Part shown: piece after piece, positions 62,037 to 64,000 of the stretch
Position numbering within the stretch: the first letter of the stretch is position 1
Layout: each line of letters starts with the position of its first letter
Origin: Candidatus Hinthialibacteria bacterium OLB16
GTDB taxonomy: Bacteria; Hinthialibacterota; Hinthialibacteria; OLB16
Length of the DNA: 64,000 nucleotides
Reading direction: 5' to 3'
NCBI GenBank assembly: GCA_001567115.1
Contig: LMZT01000020.1
Coordinates: 17,651-81,650, forward strand
Translations under genes and position numbers: made by a program
Notes under the pieces: model-generated
Seen by the model: the letters and a program-made list of their open reading frames with translations, nothing else
What the model was told of the DNA's origin: nothing
Databases searched by the model: none

Positions 62037-62547
62037 ACAGTGTTTCCCGCTGGCTGCGGACAAGGTCGCCATCGCTCAGGATCCCATTCGTGGGGGCATA
62101 ATGGATCAGACGGCCAGTAATGCCATTCAGGTTGATATCTTTATCCGGCCCGGTTGAAAGGATGATCCACTCCCCATAGATCTTTTGAAATGGAAGAGTC
62201 GCTTTTTCATTGATCAAGGTCGAAAAATACTGATAGTTTCCGCCGGTAAATGGATCTTTCGGGAGTGTGCTCAGAAAGCGATTCGGGGTGGTCAATGCCG
62301 GCAGTGTGGCAAATATTCCCAGCTCGATCTCCATATCTCCGAGGTCGGCAAAGATGCTTTTGGGATATTCAGGGTAATGGGTCCGGTAATTTTCCAGCGC
62401 ATGTCCCAGTGTCCGAAGATCCCCCTGGGCGCGTGCGATTTTGGCTTTGACCATCGCATTCATGAACCTGGGCAAAGCAATCCCGGAAAGAATCAGCAGG
62501 ATGCTGATCACAACCATGAGTTCAACCAGAGTAAAGCCTTTTTTCAT
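62023..62547 (-). CDS. Orphan type IV pilin/GspG-like protein
   Basis: KG|FTLVELMVVISI prepilin motif, ALTTP, DPF, STGPD and YAPTNGILSDGD. Confidence 0.9.
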   Translation of the reverse strand: MKKGFTLVELMVVISILLILSGIALPRFMNAMVKAKIARAQGDLRTLGHALENYRTHYPEYPKSIFADLGDMEIELGIFATLPALTTPNRFLSTLPKDPFTGGNYQYFSTLINEKATLPFQKIYGEWIILSTGPDKDINLNGITGRLIHYAPTNGILSDGDLVRSQRETLYERN

Positions 62548-63104
62548 GGCCTTTCACCGGGAGAGGCTCCAGGCCGGTGGGGCCGCAGCCGCCGGTCACG
62601 TTCCTCCATCATTTCTTTGAAAGTACCGCGCTGTTCCGGGGTGAGGATGCTTTCAAGCTGGCCACGAATTTTCTCACTCAGTTCACGCATCTTTTCACGC
62701 CGCTCCGGGGGCATGTCTTCCCGGATTCCGGACTGGGTGGCCACCATCGCTGCACCTTTGATCAGCCCCTTGGTTTCGACTTTCTGGCTCTGCCTCAGGT
62801 CGAGTTTCTCTTCCATCAGGTCGACCACTGCATTCAGGAACTGGTCGGCACGATCCATGCGCTGTTCTTCCGGCAGGGTTTTCCACTCCTCAGCCCACTG
62901 ATTGATGGTCTTTTCCCGTGTGGCGGCATCCTGTTTGTCCAGCGCCACCAGGTCGTAGGGATTTTCATTTCGTTCGCCCCGCAGGTAACCGAACCAGGGG
63001 AGATAAGACAGCGCGAATACAGTCGATCCTGCCAGCAGGATAATCGCAGCGGTCAGTGTGATCTGGTTACGGTTTCTGTGGGAGTATGAAGGGTTTGCTG
63101 GCAT
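62544..63104 (-). CDS. Membrane-anchored Spy/CpxP-like helical periplasmic protein
   Basis: N-terminal hydrophobic helix, LDLRQSQ and ILTPEQR (LTxxQ) motifs; 4-bp overlap with the pilin gene. Confidence 0.6.
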   Translation of the reverse strand: MPANPSYSHRNRNQITLTAAIILLAGSTVFALSYLPWFGYLRGERNENPYDLVALDKQDAATREKTINQWAEEWKTLPEEQRMDRADQFLNAVVDLMEEKLDLRQSQKVETKGLIKGAAMVATQSGIREDMPPERREKMRELSEKIRGQLESILTPEQRGTFKEMMEERDRRLRPHRPGASPGERP

Positions 63105-63250
63105 GGGAATTCCTCACCTTTCATCGTATCGGAATCCGCTCTTCTGCCATAGCCCGCTCCTTGCCTTGTTGCTCTCATTGCTCCACCTGGCGAAGACTGG
63201 TAAACTCCCCCGAGTCGTTGTTCAATTCTGCCAGCAAATGGATGGGGACC

Positions 63251-63646
63251 ATGAAATTATTCCTGCTTTTCTCAATTCTTCTGTTGACTCAACCTGTCTG
63301 GGCCTTCGCCCCTTCTCCCGGAGGACAAGGCTCCGATCCAACTCATTTCCTCCTGATGATCCTGATGTTCTTCGCCATCTTCTACTTCATCGTGATCCGC
63401 CCCCAGCAGCGCGAACAGCGCCAGCATCAGGAACGGATCAACAATGTGAAAAAAGGAGACCGTGTCGTCACCAGCGGCGGCATCCATGGAGAAATCAAAG
63501 CGGTTAAAGAGAAAACTCTGGTGGTGGAGATCGCAGATGGGGTCAAGATCACTGTCAATCGCCAGGCGGTCTCCGCAGTCCTTGAAAACACCAGCTCCAA
63601 GGGCCGGGCTGAGGATAACTCGGATGACGATGAAGAGGGGAATTGA
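63251..63646 (+). CDS. yajC: Preprotein translocase subunit YajC
   Basis: FAIFYFIVIRPQQ, KKGDRVVTSGGIHG and VEIADGVKI. Confidence 0.93.
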   Translation: MKLFLLFSILLLTQPVWAFAPSPGGQGSDPTHFLLMILMFFAIFYFIVIRPQQREQRQHQERINNVKKGDRVVTSGGIHGEIKAVKEKTLVVEIADGVKITVNRQAVSAVLENTSSKGRAEDNSDDDEEGN

Positions 63647-63651
63647 AAACC

Positions 63652-64000
63652 ATGGAGAAACCGGGTGAATCCATTCTGTTAGCCGGTCCGAAGGAATTTG
63701 ACCAGGCTGTCCACCACCTCGCTGAGACTATTCAGAAAAAAATCATGTCTCCGGAAAAGGTGGCCCTGATCGGGATTCATACTCATGGGGTTCCCCTTGC
63801 CCATCGTTTGAAATCGATCATCGATCGCCAGATGGGCATTGATTGCCCTGTCGGGACACTCGACATCACTCTGTATCGTGATGATTATGATCTGCGCGGG
63901 GTTAAACCACGCATCCAAAGCAGCCAGATCCCCTTTGCGATCGATGAGAGCGAACTGATCCTGGTCGATGATGTTCTTTTTACCGGACGAACCATCCGTG
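63652..64000 (+). CDS. pyrR: Pyrimidine regulatory protein/UPRTase PyrR (partial, runs off window end)
   Basis: Not in the ORF track. Hand translation: LIGIHTHGVPLA..GTLDITLYRDD..ILVDDVLFTGRTIR. Confidence 0.93.
   Translation, partial: MEKPGESILLAGPKEFDQAVHHLAETIQKKIMSPEKVALIGIHTHGVPLAHRLKSIIDRQMGIDCPVGTLDITLYRDDYDLRGVKPRIQSSQIPFAIDESELILVDDVLFTGRTIR

Noticed and set aside
1-64000. tRNA, rRNA, SRP RNA, tmRNA, IS elements or integrases
   Set aside because: No cloverleaf or other signature found in the intergenic regions by eye, T-loop-like strings fall inside CDSs, and no transposase or integrase motifs were seen.

Overview
Bacterial chromosomal window with dense coding and scrambled gene order. 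I found no rRNA, tRNA, CRISPR array or mobile element. The main structure is an approximately 10.5 kb minus-strand type II secretion/type IV filament-like operon (GspE, F, G, H, I, J, K, fused PilM/N-L, PilO/M and a final membrane protein). It has a sigma54-type promoter, two atypical mini-pilin genes flanking gspG, a Gly/Thr-repeat tail on GspG, and no secretin or prepilin peptidase in the window. There is also a second stand-alone PilB/GspE ATPase and a separate operon coupling an orphan pilin to an ABC exporter. Housekeeping genes: trxB, dinG, queF, polX, yajQ, trpC, rsmG, corA, prfB (with the programmed frameshift site), queA, sodA, yajC and pyrR (partial). Several secreted glycoside-hydrolase-like proteins are present, one ending in a possible sorting motif (WMLY), as well as a large divergent FMN/Fe-S nitronate-monooxygenase/FabK-fold protein. 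At least eleven genes carry single-base frameshifts, mostly at short base runs, which points to an unpolished long-read assembly rather than real pseudogenes. The pilin and C-terminal motifs resemble those I recall from Sumerlaeota (BRC1)/OLB16-like candidate phyla; this is unverified inference. All calls come from reading motifs by eye and no database searches were run.
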